DNA from: an uncultured virus (IMG/VR IMGVR_UViG_2831345111_000004)
Lineage: Duplodnaviria > Heunggongvirae > Uroviricota > Caudoviricetes
Length of the DNA stretch: 64,000 nt
IMG/VR virus record: IMGVR_UViG_2831345111_000004
Reading direction: 5' to 3' (one strand)
Shown here: positions 21,329 through 31,046 of the stretch, piece after piece
Layout of the letters: each line of letters opens with the position of its first letter
Position numbering within the stretch: position 1 is the stretch's first letter
Notes under the pieces: model-generated
What the model was told of the DNA's origin: nothing
The model's database searches: none
What the model saw: the letters and a program-made list of their open reading frames with translations, nothing else
Position numbers and translations under genes: made by a program

Positions 21329-21991
21329 ATGCTCGACAAAAGATTAATTATAAGGTATGATTCCGACAATTCCAAAGGATTTCCCGGAGCCATATTGAAT
21401 AATGCACTTGAGTGCCTGGCTATTATAGCTAGGTATCATGGACTCGCTGTTGACCCTGAGCAACTTAAGCATGAATACGCAAGCACTGAGTTTGGGGTAA
21501 CCGAAGTTCTGCTGGCAGCAAAGCACCTCGGGCTTAAAGCAAAAAGCACCTCCGTAGCCCATGACCGTCTAGCGAACACACCCCTTCCTCTATTGGCAAT
21601 AGGGACAGATGGGAAGTGGTTTATTGTTGCAAAATCCGATGGAGACAAGGTTCTTATTCAAGACCCCGCTGTTGGCCATCCAGAAGTTATAAGTAGAGCA
21701 TCCCTTCAAGAGCGATGGGATGGCAGCTCAATTTTGATGGCTTCACGCGCATCAACCGGAGCCGCCTTTGCAAAGTTCGACTTTACTTGGTTTATTCCAG
21801 CCGTCATCAAGTACAGGAAACTCCTATCTGAAGTGCTCTTGGTATCTTTATGCCTCCAATGCCTTGCTTTGGTTACGCCTATGTTTTTCCAGGTGGTAAC
21901 CGTAGAGATTAAAACTGGGCGTAGACGGTTAATAGAATACGTTTTAAGCCCCCTTGAGCAGCATACCTCGAGTGCTTTGCATGAAAGGTAA
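21329..21991 (+). pseudogene. In-frame fusion remnant: N-terminus of HlyB-type T1SS ABC transporter plus C-terminus of HlyD-type membrane fusion protein
   Basis: C39-like domain and FDFTWFIPAVIKYR...LVTPMFFQVV joined to TVEIKTGRRRLIEYVLSPL...HER. Confidence 0.9.
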
Positions 21992-22056
21992 AAATATAGC
22001 CAATATTATTTCAGTTGCAAGCTTAATTACTGACTATCTTTGAAAGTAAACTCATT

Positions 22057-22605
22057 TTGAATACGCATCCTAAAGCACTTGTTGTTTTTTGTTCAATTAT
22101 AGGCATCTCTGTATTTGCAGGATGTTCAAAACAAGTGCCATCTAAAGATTTGCCGAATCCCCCAGAGGTAAATCCCACTCCTCATGAAAAAGTAGAACTT
22201 GGCTTCATTGAGAATGGCACAAAATGGCCAAAGATACTGAATGTTATGTATGTAGCCAAAAATAAAAATTGTGACATAAAAAATAAATTCGAAGGCGTTT
22301 ATACAAAACAAGTTCTAAATGAATATTTAAGCCTAAGTTCGTCACAAGGCAGCGGTGTTGTTTCCTTCTACGCAGACAAGTATTTGGCGGGAGCCTGCCA
22401 ATGGGAATTAGCCGGAATTACCCTTGGGCCATCTCCCTCTACATCAGTAAGTATTGGGTCTCTTCTCACTAGCCCATTGCACGATGTACCGAAGAAAAAT
22501 TATTCCTACTCCTGCTCAATATCTAAGCAATTTTGGTGCTATGGAGCAGATTCAATCAACTACAGCACTAACCCGGGTGCATTCATTATCTGGAGAAATA
22601 AATGA
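22057..22605 (+). CDS. Lipoprotein, putative immunity protein for the lipase toxin
   Basis: Lipobox FAGC; ATGA overlap with the lipase gene. Confidence 0.75.
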   Translation: MNTHPKALVVFCSIIGISVFAGCSKQVPSKDLPNPPEVNPTPHEKVELGFIENGTKWPKILNVMYVAKNKNCDIKNKFEGVYTKQVLNEYLSLSSSQGSGVVSFYADKYLAGACQWELAGITLGPSPSTSVSIGSLLTSPLHDVPKKNYSYSCSISKQFWCYGADSINYSTNPGAFIIWRNK

Positions 22606-23180
22606 GCGACGACACTACAACTGCATTTTTTGCAAACCTTGTATATGACACCGGGTTTGATAAAAGCATTCAAATGGGAATGGTAGTAGAGTCTCCAGAT
22701 GGAAATTTGTGGACAGTATTAAAAACATCTGATGTTAACTTGCAAGGGTTTCAGGCTGCTGCCTACCAAAATATTGAAACTGGCCAAATTATAGTCGCAA
22801 CAAGAGGAACTGAGCCAACCTCGAAAATGGATTTGTATGCAGACCTGCAAATGGGAATGGATGGTGTTTTAGCCGGGCTTCCTAACCAATTTGTTCTTGC
22901 CAGTAATTTTCTTTCTTCGGTTGAAGCAATCGCAGGGGCAAACCCAATTTCATTAACTGGGCATTCCCTTGGGGGGTCACTGGCTGAATGGCTTGGAGCT
23001 GAGAGTCATTATCCGACTGTAACGTATAATGCCTACGGGATAGGGACAATATTAGCTGCTAACCTAATGCTTCCCGATGATTCGGATTTCTCTAACATTG
23101 TGAATAATGTTATAGATAAAGACCCGGTAATGATGTCCTGTATGGGACTTCCTCAGGCGACACTTACATCTTCAATCTAG
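22602..23180 (+). pseudogene. Lipase class 3 (GxSxG) N-terminal domain of a broken RTX protein
   Basis: GFQAAAY, ATRGTE, GHSLGG, YNAYG, DPV; frame becomes non-homologous after 23130. Confidence 0.85.
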
Positions 23181-23956
23181 GGGATGGAGCCGATACTATT
23201 ACCGAGCCTACCGGCGGTAAAGGTATTGACACCCTGAAGTTTGGTGCTGGCATCAAAGCATCTGACCTTACAGTCACTTATTCTGTAAATGACCTCATCA
23301 TTTCCCTTCCAGGGGGAACTGACAAGTTAACCCTGAAGAATTATTTCGCAGCAGGGGTAAACGGTGGGAATCCAATGATTGACGTGTTCCAATTTGCAGA
23401 TGGAACCTCAGTCACGTCAGCTGACATGGCTGCAGCCGCCAAAGGGATTAATGGGACATCCAGCAACGATGTTCTCACAGGTAGTGCCTTAAATGACAAA
23501 ATTTACGGGCTATCTGGAAATGACACATTAACTGGTGGTGCTGGAAATGACCTTTTGGTTGGCGGCGTTGGTAGCGATTTGTATAAGCTTGGGCGAGGTG
23601 CCGGTCAAGATATCATTGATAACTCCACCGCAGACACTACGCCTGGAAAGCAAGATATCGTTCAATATTCAGCCGACGTAGCCTCTAACCAGCTCTGGTT
23701 CCAACATGTTGGGTCTGATTTGGTGGTAAGCATCATTGGGACGACAGATAAAGTGAATATACAGAATTGGTACAGTTCAACCGCCAATCACGTTCAAGAG
23801 TTCATTGCAGGTGACGGGAAAACTCTTAGCGATTCGCAGGTGGACCAGCTTGTTAACGCAATGGCTGGGTTTGCTCCTCCCCCTCAGGGACAAACCACTT
23901 TGCCTCAATCCTACCAAGACCAGCTCGCACCCACATTAGCTGCTAGTTGGCAGTAG
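23126..23956 (+). pseudogene. C-terminal RTX/haemolysin Ca-binding repeats and T1SS secretion region
   Basis: Frame open from 23126 (GNDVLYGTSSGDTYIFNLGDGAD…); GGAGNDLLVGG nonapeptides; ends VDQLVNAMAGF...LAASWQ. Confidence 0.9.
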
Positions 23957-23960
23957 GCAG

Positions 23961-23995
23961 AAAAAGAACAGCCGGCAATGCCGGCTGTTCTTTTT
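23961..23995. terminator. Bidirectional intrinsic terminator
   Basis: AAAAAGAACAGCCGGCA-A-TGCCGGCTGTTCTTTTT. Confidence 0.9.
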
Positions 23996-24009
23996 ATCTT
24001 TCAATTAAA

Positions 24010-24468
24010 TCACTCTGCGGTGTTTATTGCCTTTTCCCTAACGAATAGCGGATGCATCGCCGGCAGTGGATTTTCAATCAGGTCATCAGGCACAAACTCA
24101 CCCATGATGCCCCAGGTTTCCGTAGTGAGGATGTTCTGGGCAAGATAGTCGCGCTTGAAGGCCAACCCAAAGTACTGGCAGGTCTCAGGAGACTGCCACG
24201 TGGGGTCGATGACATCCCCATCCAACGTGACCAACCAGGCGTGCGGGACGGGAATCAATCGAAGCGCTACACCCTCGACATAAATTAAGTCTTCGCGCTG
24301 CAGGGCAATACGGCCGGCGTTTTCATAGCACATCTTGGCCCGGCCGAGCTTCAGCCAATCTGGGTTGGGCTTCGGCGTCCAGGCGCGGCCATACGTGCTT
24401 ATAAACTCGTAATACCCGCCTGTAAGCTTGGCGAACTGCTGGATGTAGCTTTCAAGTACATTGCTCAT
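24010..24468 (-). CDS. Transglutaminase/papain-like fold protein
   Basis: CYENA...YVEG...HAW...IDPTW gives a Cys-His-Asp triad. Confidence 0.6.
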   Translation of the reverse strand: MSNVLESYIQQFAKLTGGYYEFISTYGRAWTPKPNPDWLKLGRAKMCYENAGRIALQREDLIYVEGVALRLIPVPHAWLVTLDGDVIDPTWQSPETCQYFGLAFKRDYLAQNILTTETWGIMGEFVPDDLIENPLPAMHPLFVREKAINTAE

Positions 24469-24494
24469 ACCAAAATGTTACCAGGGCTAAAGAA

Positions 24495-24713
24495 TTACGC
24501 CACCCCTGCTACCTTAAGACTCGTCCGTACCAATTCACGAAATTCCGCATCACTGAGCTTATCGTTATCGACGTTTTTGCTCAGGAGATTTAAGGTCGTA
24601 TCGGCCATCGTGGTTTCTTGGCTTAAATCGACCGCCCCAACCAACCGCTCCGCCTTTTGGAGAAGCGATTGTAGCTCGGCAATTGCCCTGGCGTTCCTTT
24701 CGGATTTGCTCAT
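24495..24713 (-). CDS. Small hypothetical protein
   Basis: Starts 2 nt after the clpX stop. Confidence 0.7.
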   Translation of the reverse strand: MSKSERNARAIAELQSLLQKAERLVGAVDLSQETTMADTTLNLLSKNVDNDKLSDAEFRELVRTSLKVAGVA

Positions 24714-24715
24714 GG

Positions 24716-25912
24716 TTACGCTGCCAGCTTAAGTTGAGGATAGTCTACCGTTACCTTGAGGTCTGCCGATACTTGTACGGTTGCCCCTTCCTCCCCCGGC
24801 ACCTCATAGAGTGCGTCCTTCAGCAAGTCCTCGAGGATGGAGCGTGCACCGCGGGCACCCGTCTTCAGCTCGTAGGCTTTCTCGGCAATGGCGCGCACTG
24901 CGCCGGCTTCGAAGTTAAGCTTTGCACCATCCATATCGAACAGGGCTTCCATCTGGCGCACGACGGCATTCTTGGGCTCAACCAGGATACGCTCGAGCGC
25001 GTCTACATTGAGTTGCTCCAGCGTTACCACCACCGGCAGACGCCCGATGAATTCCGGAATCATCCCATGCTCAACGAGGAGGTCCGGGGTCACCGTCTTT
25101 ACACCCTTGGCATCTGGTGCCTGCGAGAAGAAACCCATCGAGCGGACTTCCTTAGGCTCCTCCAAGCTCTCCAAAACCGACACAAACGCGCCAGAACAGA
25201 CGAACAGGATGTTGGTGGTATCAATGAACTCAGCCTGAGCACCTGGATGCTTACGGCCGCCTGCGACCGGTACACGCACCTTGGTGCCTTCAATCAACTT
25301 CAGCAAGGATTGCTGCACACCTTCCCCAGATACATCACGGGTGACCGAGGGGCCGGTAGATGCTGACCGCAACTTGTCGACTTCATCGATGAAGACGATG
25401 CCACGCTCGGCCTTGGCGATATCCCCATCTGCCGCTTGCAGGAGGCGCTGCAGGATGGTTTCCACGTCGTCACCCACATACCCTGCTTGAGTAAGGCTGG
25501 TGGCGTCAGCGATGGTGAAGGGCACGTCCAGCAGACGTGCGATGGATTGCGCTAGCAGCGTCTTCCCGGTGCCGGTTGGGCCGAGCATCAGGATGTTGCT
25601 CTTGCTGATTTCAACGTCGGTCGGGTTGGACAGGCGCTTGTAGTGGTTGTATACGGCGATGGCGATAGCCTTTTTTGCGGCTTCCTGGCCAATGACATAA
25701 TCATTGAGGAAGGCTACGATTTCCTTGGGGGTCTTGCGACCTTCAGGAATGGCTTCTTCCTTCTCTTTCTGCCCCATCACGAGCATTTCGTTGGCCAGCG
25801 CGATGCACGCGCCGCACAGGTTCGAACCGTTTTGCAGCTGAAGCATCGAGGCGGCTGCCTCTGGGGACGTGCCGCAGTGTACGCAATTATGGTTATTTTC
25901 TGCTTGTGACAT
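24716..25912 (-). CDS. clpX: ATP-dependent Clp protease ATPase subunit ClpX
   Basis: C4 Zn finger, KSNILMLGPTGTGKT, GYVG pore loop, IDEVDK, RDVSGEGVQQ, RKH loop, MGF (IGF-like) loop, TGARG. Confidence 0.97.
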   Translation of the reverse strand: MSQAENNHNCVHCGTSPEAAASMLQLQNGSNLCGACIALANEMLVMGQKEKEEAIPEGRKTPKEIVAFLNDYVIGQEAAKKAIAIAVYNHYKRLSNPTDVEISKSNILMLGPTGTGKTLLAQSIARLLDVPFTIADATSLTQAGYVGDDVETILQRLLQAADGDIAKAERGIVFIDEVDKLRSASTGPSVTRDVSGEGVQQSLLKLIEGTKVRVPVAGGRKHPGAQAEFIDTTNILFVCSGAFVSVLESLEEPKEVRSMGFFSQAPDAKGVKTVTPDLLVEHGMIPEFIGRLPVVVTLEQLNVDALERILVEPKNAVVRQMEALFDMDGAKLNFEAGAVRAIAEKAYELKTGARGARSILEDLLKDALYEVPGEEGATVQVSADLKVTVDYPQLKLAA

Positions 25913-25949
25913 TTTTGACCTCTGTGGCTCGATTGCGAAAACAGGCATA

Positions 25950-25978
25950 AATATAGCACAGTTATCATGATAAATCAA
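25950..25978 (-). promoter_or_regulatory. sigma70-type promoter of clpX
   Basis: TTGATT-17-TATATT. Confidence 0.6.
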
Positions 25979-26061
25979 GTTTGTTAATTCGTCTTAAGTA
26001 TTGGTGGAGCAGATTCCTATACTGGATGTGGGTCAATACTTAACTTTTTGAGAGGTCAATC

Positions 26062-26352
26062 ATGCTTACACTTAATTCGCGTCAAATGGCCATTGTCCGT
26101 AACCATCCTCATACCCAAGCGGTAAAGGATACCGGCTGGCTGCTCCTGGCCGACCGCAACATGTGTGGGAATCGTATTTTCATCGTGAGCGAGCACCGCG
26201 ACATTGCGGTGACATTCGAACACGAGGAGCCTTATGCCGACCATATGCGGTCGTACATCAAGGCTACGGAATACGCCAAGGAAAATCCTGAAAAGTCTGA
26301 AGCAGGTGTTGATGGGCTTGAGATTGTCCATCTGCAGTTTGCTGCGGCTTAA
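26062..26352 (+). CDS. Hypothetical protein
   Basis: GAGG RBS, CTATAC motif upstream. Confidence 0.8.
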   Translation: MLTLNSRQMAIVRNHPHTQAVKDTGWLLLADRNMCGNRIFIVSEHRDIAVTFEHEEPYADHMRSYIKATEYAKENPEKSEAGVDGLEIVHLQFAAA

Positions 26353-26442
26353 ATCACTCCACCCCGGCTAGCTTTGCTTGCTGGGGTTTGTTTTGCGCAA
26401 CAAAAATCCCGCACGAGGCGGGATGGAGAGAGAAGAGAACGA

Positions 26443-26835
26443 TTAGTGAACTCGACCTGGGTTTGGCACATACTTGGAAGCATCCAGAGTACGGTGCGCA
26501 TCACCACGGCAATTCAACCATACAGTCTTGAGAACCCACTTATCCGTGATAACGAGAACCAGGTCATGATGTTCGTCATACTTCTGACGATACACACGCT
26601 TGGTCACCTTACCTGCGGCATGGTCCACTTCGACCTCGATTAACTTTGCCTTCCGTGCATCGAAGTATTCAGGAATATCTATCAGGCCATACCGGTCCGT
26701 TTGGGCCGCACGTGAAGCATGATAAGATACTTTCATACGACCCTGCAGATTCGGTTCTACTAGCTTCAGCAATTCGCCCGTGCTCAGCCGAATACGTTCG
26801 GGCATGTATACATCGGTATGAAACAGCAACAGCAT
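26443..26835 (-). CDS. Hypothetical protein (phage-like; HA...DRYG...R...D...VLV...KTVW.N..D.H)
   Basis: GGAGG RBS; 130 aa. Confidence 0.8.
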   Translation of the reverse strand: MLLLFHTDVYMPERIRLSTGELLKLVEPNLQGRMKVSYHASRAAQTDRYGLIDIPEYFDARKAKLIEVEVDHAAGKVTKRVYRQKYDEHHDLVLVITDKWVLKTVWLNCRGDAHRTLDASKYVPNPGRVH

Positions 26836-27016
26836 GATAGCCTCCCAATAGATTTTCCACAGCTAGGTATAGCGCAAATATAGCAAAGAAACACACAAAG
26901 CGCAAGCGTAAAGTTTTCAGGAATGAAGTCGATATCTAATTCAGAGCAACCGAGCTTTTCAATTTGTTAACTTCTGCTTATAATCGCCATTATCGGCGTA
27001 TTGATTGAGGTCCCTG

Positions 27017-27334
27017 ATGCTGAAAGATGTCTACCCCTACCGTAAGCTGATTGCTGATGAATCCGTCACCATGCAGAATGGCCGCACCTTCCGGTTTATT
27101 GCCTATGGTGAAGTCGCTGGTGAACCAGATGCAAAGCGTGCTGCGGCCGTTTTCGATGAGGACCACAAGCTGGTTCTGGTCGATGGCCTGTTTGCCGATG
27201 CTCAAACCCCCGAACAACTAATGTCAAGCCTGCAAGGTTTGCTGAAGGCTGACCTCCCTGAACTAGTCCGCACCATAAACACCCATCCCGAAGCTCGCCA
27301 CCAGATGACCGCAGATGGCGGAATCCCCTGGTAG
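27017..27334 (+). CDS. Hypothetical protein
   Basis: GAGG RBS; terminator follows. Confidence 0.75.
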   Translation: MLKDVYPYRKLIADESVTMQNGRTFRFIAYGEVAGEPDAKRAAAVFDEDHKLVLVDGLFADAQTPEQLMSSLQGLLKADLPELVRTINTHPEARHQMTADGGIPW

Positions 27335-27351
27335 GACTTAAGCCAAGACAC

Positions 27352-27380
27352 AAAAAAGCCTGCATTAAGCAGGCTTTTTT
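27352..27380. terminator. Bidirectional intrinsic terminator
   Basis: AAAAAAGCCTGC-ATTAA-GCAGGCTTTTTT. Confidence 0.9.
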
Positions 27381-27390
27381 ATTTCAGCGT

Positions 27391-27840
27391 TTACTCGGTA
27401 GGCGTTGAGGTATCGAACGCCTTTTTCAATATAGCTTTGAATCGCTCATTCACCTCGCTGTTGTAGGCGCCGAGCTTCCCAGGTACGGACTGCATCTCCG
27501 CCTTGTGTGTTTCAGACATCAGGATGACCTCGAGTTCCTTGTAGGTGAACTGGTCAGCCAGAACCTGAGCGTTTACGTTCCGGATGGCCTCAGGGGTGAG
27601 CTTTTTTAGTTCTGCTGCGACCGGCACACGTTGGATATAGGGGATATCCTCAATCTGCTTATCCAACTCCTTACGAATACCGTCAGCATCCACCGTTATC
27701 AGGGTAATTTTCTTGGCCAGCGCCAATCGGGATGCAGGAGTATCTTGGACGGATACTGTCGCTGCGTTCGATGTCAATGTCGCGGCCAAGAGCATCAGGC
27801 CAACCAGGAGATGAGCCTTTTTCAAAGGGCGTCCTTTCAT
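27391..27840 (-). CDS. Secreted hypothetical protein
   Basis: Signal peptide, helical mature region. Confidence 0.75.
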   Translation of the reverse strand: MKGRPLKKAHLLVGLMLLAATLTSNAATVSVQDTPASRLALAKKITLITVDADGIRKELDKQIEDIPYIQRVPVAAELKKLTPEAIRNVNAQVLADQFTYKELEVILMSETHKAEMQSVPGKLGAYNSEVNERFKAILKKAFDTSTPTE

Positions 27841-28192
27841 GATGAGATTGAGTATATGTTATGGCTTCGGCAACTAAGGAACCTTCAGCCTTTACGTTTT
27901 CCAGCATTTTAGAAAGCAGTGCGGCCTCATGCTCTTTAAAGGCGGCAATATTTTCTGGTAAGGAATGTTACAATATGAATTCGGGATTCATAAGGCAATG
28001 CTTAACTTGCGAAAGATACCATTAAATGGCATATTACACCATCTGCTATGGAGTGCGCAATGGCTAATCCAATTCCCGTTTTTATTTATTTTGCTGATTT
28101 AAGTAGAGGAGCAATCAAAGCTGGAATGTTTGCATAGCACCTGACCATCAGGGACAAGGAGCGGCAATACCACAATTGACCCTAAATTCAAG

Positions 28193-28675
28193 GTGCGGCA
28201 TGATTACTTCTCAAAGGATTCACGGAAAGAGGAGCAACGAGTTTTGGCTAGTTTAAGATTGATTGCTGGTACGGAAGTGACCAGGGCTGGAAAAGAGGTT
28301 TTCACTGGCTTTACCATCAAGCAAGCCGCAAAGGCTTCGGCCGGCACATCTAAGCGTGACCTGGAAGAATTAGCCCGTAAGGTGATTAACAATCATGTGG
28401 TCGATGACGCTGGAACAACGGTCAGGATGCTCCTGGACGAGCACAACAAAACGTTAGACCGCATTGGAAGCCATAAGGCTAAGCCTAATGATGCCAAGCG
28501 CCTGATGGAGATTAGCACCATTCTGAGAAGACTTGGCTTGCAGTCGGCCTTTTCCGATGAAGATGACGAGGTGGATGTCTGGTCATACGGGAATGTCTTT
28601 GACCCTAAAACGCTTATCGAGCGAATTCCTTTTCTGCACGTTTGCCAGTCAGTGCTATTCCGTCTTACCTTTTAA
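28193..28675 (+). CDS. Hypothetical protein
   Basis: 160 aa ORF. Confidence 0.55.
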   Translation: MRHDYFSKDSRKEEQRVLASLRLIAGTEVTRAGKEVFTGFTIKQAAKASAGTSKRDLEELARKVINNHVVDDAGTTVRMLLDEHNKTLDRIGSHKAKPNDAKRLMEISTILRRLGLQSAFSDEDDEVDVWSYGNVFDPKTLIERIPFLHVCQSVLFRLTF

Positions 28676-28720
28676 GGGGTATCCGGAAAAAGCTATGGGA
28701 TATGAGAGGATTAAAGCATC

Positions 28721-28999
28721 ATGGGCTCCACTATAAACAGGATGACGGCTAGCGAATTCAACCATGATTTAGCCAAGGCAAAGCGTCTGGCAAGCGATAA
28801 CCCGGTGGTCGTGACCAACCGCGGGAAGGACGAGTACGTCCTGCTTTCTGCCGAATACTTCAGTCAGCTCATCGCCCATTATCCGAGCCAGCAGAGCTCG
28901 ATTGTGGATATGCTGCGTATGCCAGATATCAAGGACGAGATTAAGTTTAAGCCGCAGAAGATGACGATGATGGCTCGTCCTGTGGACCTTGACGACTAG
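28721..28999 (+). CDS. Phd/YefM-family antitoxin (orphan)
   Basis: MTASEFNHDLAKAKRLA..PVVVTNRG....VLLS. Confidence 0.9.
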   Translation: MGSTINRMTASEFNHDLAKAKRLASDNPVVVTNRGKDEYVLLSAEYFSQLIAHYPSQQSSIVDMLRMPDIKDEIKFKPQKMTMMARPVDLDD

Positions 29000-29011
29000 C
29001 GAAACGCATAG

Positions 29012-29040
29012 TAGACAAAATATGTAATTAATGGTATATT
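29012..29040 (+). promoter_or_regulatory. sigma70-type promoter
   Basis: TAGACA-17-TATATT; 24/30 identical to 11711-11740. Confidence 0.7.
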
Positions 29041-29070
29041 AATGGCTGTCGTGTGCCATTCTCAGCCATT

Positions 29071-29703
29071 ATGCCAGCCTCATCTAAGCAGACCAATCGT
29101 CCCAAAAAAGTTCCAGGAATTATCTATATTGCGAATCCAACCAAATTGAATGATTCAATCAAGTATGGAAAGGCAAAAGAGTCGGTTGGCGTCATTGGAA
29201 AACAAAAATCCTACATGACAACAAACAAGGATTTTGCTATAAAGATGGCATGGAATGTCGATGACATTCATTCTGCTGAGAGGGAAGGGTTGGCAAAATT
29301 GCGATTGGTTGCTGGGACTGATTATAAGGGGCCCGGTAGAGAGATTTTTCCATTTTCCGTGTCAGAAGCGGCAAGGATATGTGCACCTACAACCTTGAAA
29401 AAACAGTTGTCTGAGGCGCGTGAGCTTATTCTTAAAAAGGTCGTTCTTCCTTGTGGCATGACTGCCCATGCAGCCCTACTCTGGATGCGGGCGCATATGG
29501 ATGACGCCAAAGTACAAGACCGCTGGATTGCGCTTGTGGTCGAGTTGGATTCCTTCGGAATCTCGTTCCTGCCACCTTGGGAATCCGCTACAGTCGTGGG
29601 GGTCCTTGAAGACCCGAAATCTCTTTTTCGAAAACTCCCTAATTTTGAAGTTTATATTGGCGTGCTTGAACCCGGAACGGACTTGTATCTGACGTCCACG
29701 TAA
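29071..29703 (+). CDS. T5orf172/GIY-YIG-like domain protein
   Basis: GIIYI...IKYG...AE...GREIF. Confidence 0.6.
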   Translation: MPASSKQTNRPKKVPGIIYIANPTKLNDSIKYGKAKESVGVIGKQKSYMTTNKDFAIKMAWNVDDIHSAEREGLAKLRLVAGTDYKGPGREIFPFSVSEAARICAPTTLKKQLSEARELILKKVVLPCGMTAHAALLWMRAHMDDAKVQDRWIALVVELDSFGISFLPPWESATVVGVLEDPKSLFRKLPNFEVYIGVLEPGTDLYLTST

Positions 29704-29759
29704 ATTGCTAAAACCTGAAATAAAAACATCGGCTTAAGAAAAGCCGATGTGAGAGTTTT

Positions 29760-30833
29760 TTACTTAAGCTTACCCTTTATTGCCAGAACTTTAGCTGTCT
29801 TTGTGCTTCCCGTAACTTTCGGCGGAGCTGTCTTAGAGCTTGCAGAAATTGTCGTCGGAGCAGCCAAAGACTTCATTATTTCGACATTCACCCAATCCAT
29901 CAGAACAGGAACCATTACCTCAGCATACTTATTGTACTGAGAGTCAAGGCTTCCCAAACGATGTTTTGCTTTGAAGTTTGCCTTATAGTCTGGGTGTGCT
30001 TGTTCAATGAGCAATTTAGTCAGCTTTGACGGGGTTCCTGATGCCTTCCCCTTCACCGCCTGAATAATTGCAGCTTCCATATTGATGAAAAATGCATTGA
30101 TTGCACTTACAGGAAAGCCCTCATTGGCCATTGCAACAAAGGAACGGAACACAGCTAAGGCCACCCCTGGATTGAAGTAGTTTTGAACACTGTTGCGCTC
30201 TTCTGCAACCGCATACAACGCATCAACCAGTTTATGAGCAGTCAGGTTACTCTTCACAACCTTCGTTAACGTAGAAGTTGGCTTCTTGTGGTCGCCAACC
30301 ACATCGTCTCGCTTGAAAAACGACGTAGCATTTCGGCCATTACGATAGGCGTTGGAAATAAATCCTTTGCCATACGCGGCCTTCAAAGCTGCTCGAATCC
30401 AATCGAAGTTCTGTTTTGCCGATTTCTTGCTGTCGATTGCGGATAAGATGGCATGAATCAGCTTTGCCTGCTCTTCCAGACTCAGGTCAGCATCCACGTA
30501 GTGATTGATTAAGGTAATTCCCTTGAATGGGCACTTACGTGCAGCCATCCAAACACTCATACGATGAAATCCATCGGCCAGCTTATTCTCGAGAACCTCA
30601 AGTTTCTTGCCGCGCTTCCTTACGATTTTGATGCAATGCATCACCTTTTGGGGACCGATTGGGTCTGTGAGGCTATCGAAGACATGCTTAACCTTAGAAC
30701 GAACCTTCAAACGTTCTTCCTGGTCTCGCTGGCCCTCAATGCTTGCTTCTTTTTCTTCCAGCACCTGGGCGCCGTACTCCTCAATCATTTCAGCAAAAGG
30801 CTTATTGGCAACAACGTCAGACTCGATATACAT
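29760..30833 (-). CDS. Hypothetical protein with ParB/DGQHR-like motif
   Basis: LADGFHR; GAGG RBS before ATG 30833. Confidence 0.65.
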   Translation of the reverse strand: MYIESDVVANKPFAEMIEEYGAQVLEEKEASIEGQRDQEERLKVRSKVKHVFDSLTDPIGPQKVMHCIKIVRKRGKKLEVLENKLADGFHRMSVWMAARKCPFKGITLINHYVDADLSLEEQAKLIHAILSAIDSKKSAKQNFDWIRAALKAAYGKGFISNAYRNGRNATSFFKRDDVVGDHKKPTSTLTKVVKSNLTAHKLVDALYAVAEERNSVQNYFNPGVALAVFRSFVAMANEGFPVSAINAFFINMEAAIIQAVKGKASGTPSKLTKLLIEQAHPDYKANFKAKHRLGSLDSQYNKYAEVMVPVLMDWVNVEIMKSLAAPTTISASSKTAPPKVTGSTKTAKVLAIKGKLK

Positions 30834-31046
30834 GATTTTTCCTCTCAGGGGGCTTGTCGCCCCCAATTAACAATTGATGGGCGGCAGAGCCGCAAATAAG
30901 TTTCACGAATCTGTATAGCTCAGGCTGTGAGACTAGGAAAAATCGAATGGGTGGAAAAACAAAAGCCCGGCAGCTTACGCTACCAGGCTTTTAATTTATT
31001 AGCCTTAAAAGGCTAAATTCTTAGCAGTTTTTTCAGCCTTATAGGC

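Noticed and set aside
23120..23135. Programmed ribosomal frameshift joining lipase and RTX
   Set aside because: No slippery heptamer, and the lipase domain stops before its expected catalytic His, so a deletion fits better
30831..30847. 17-nt identity (TGAGAGGAAAAATCATG) with 47209-47225
   Set aside because: Consists of SD, A-rich spacer and ATG; plausibly convergent translation signals
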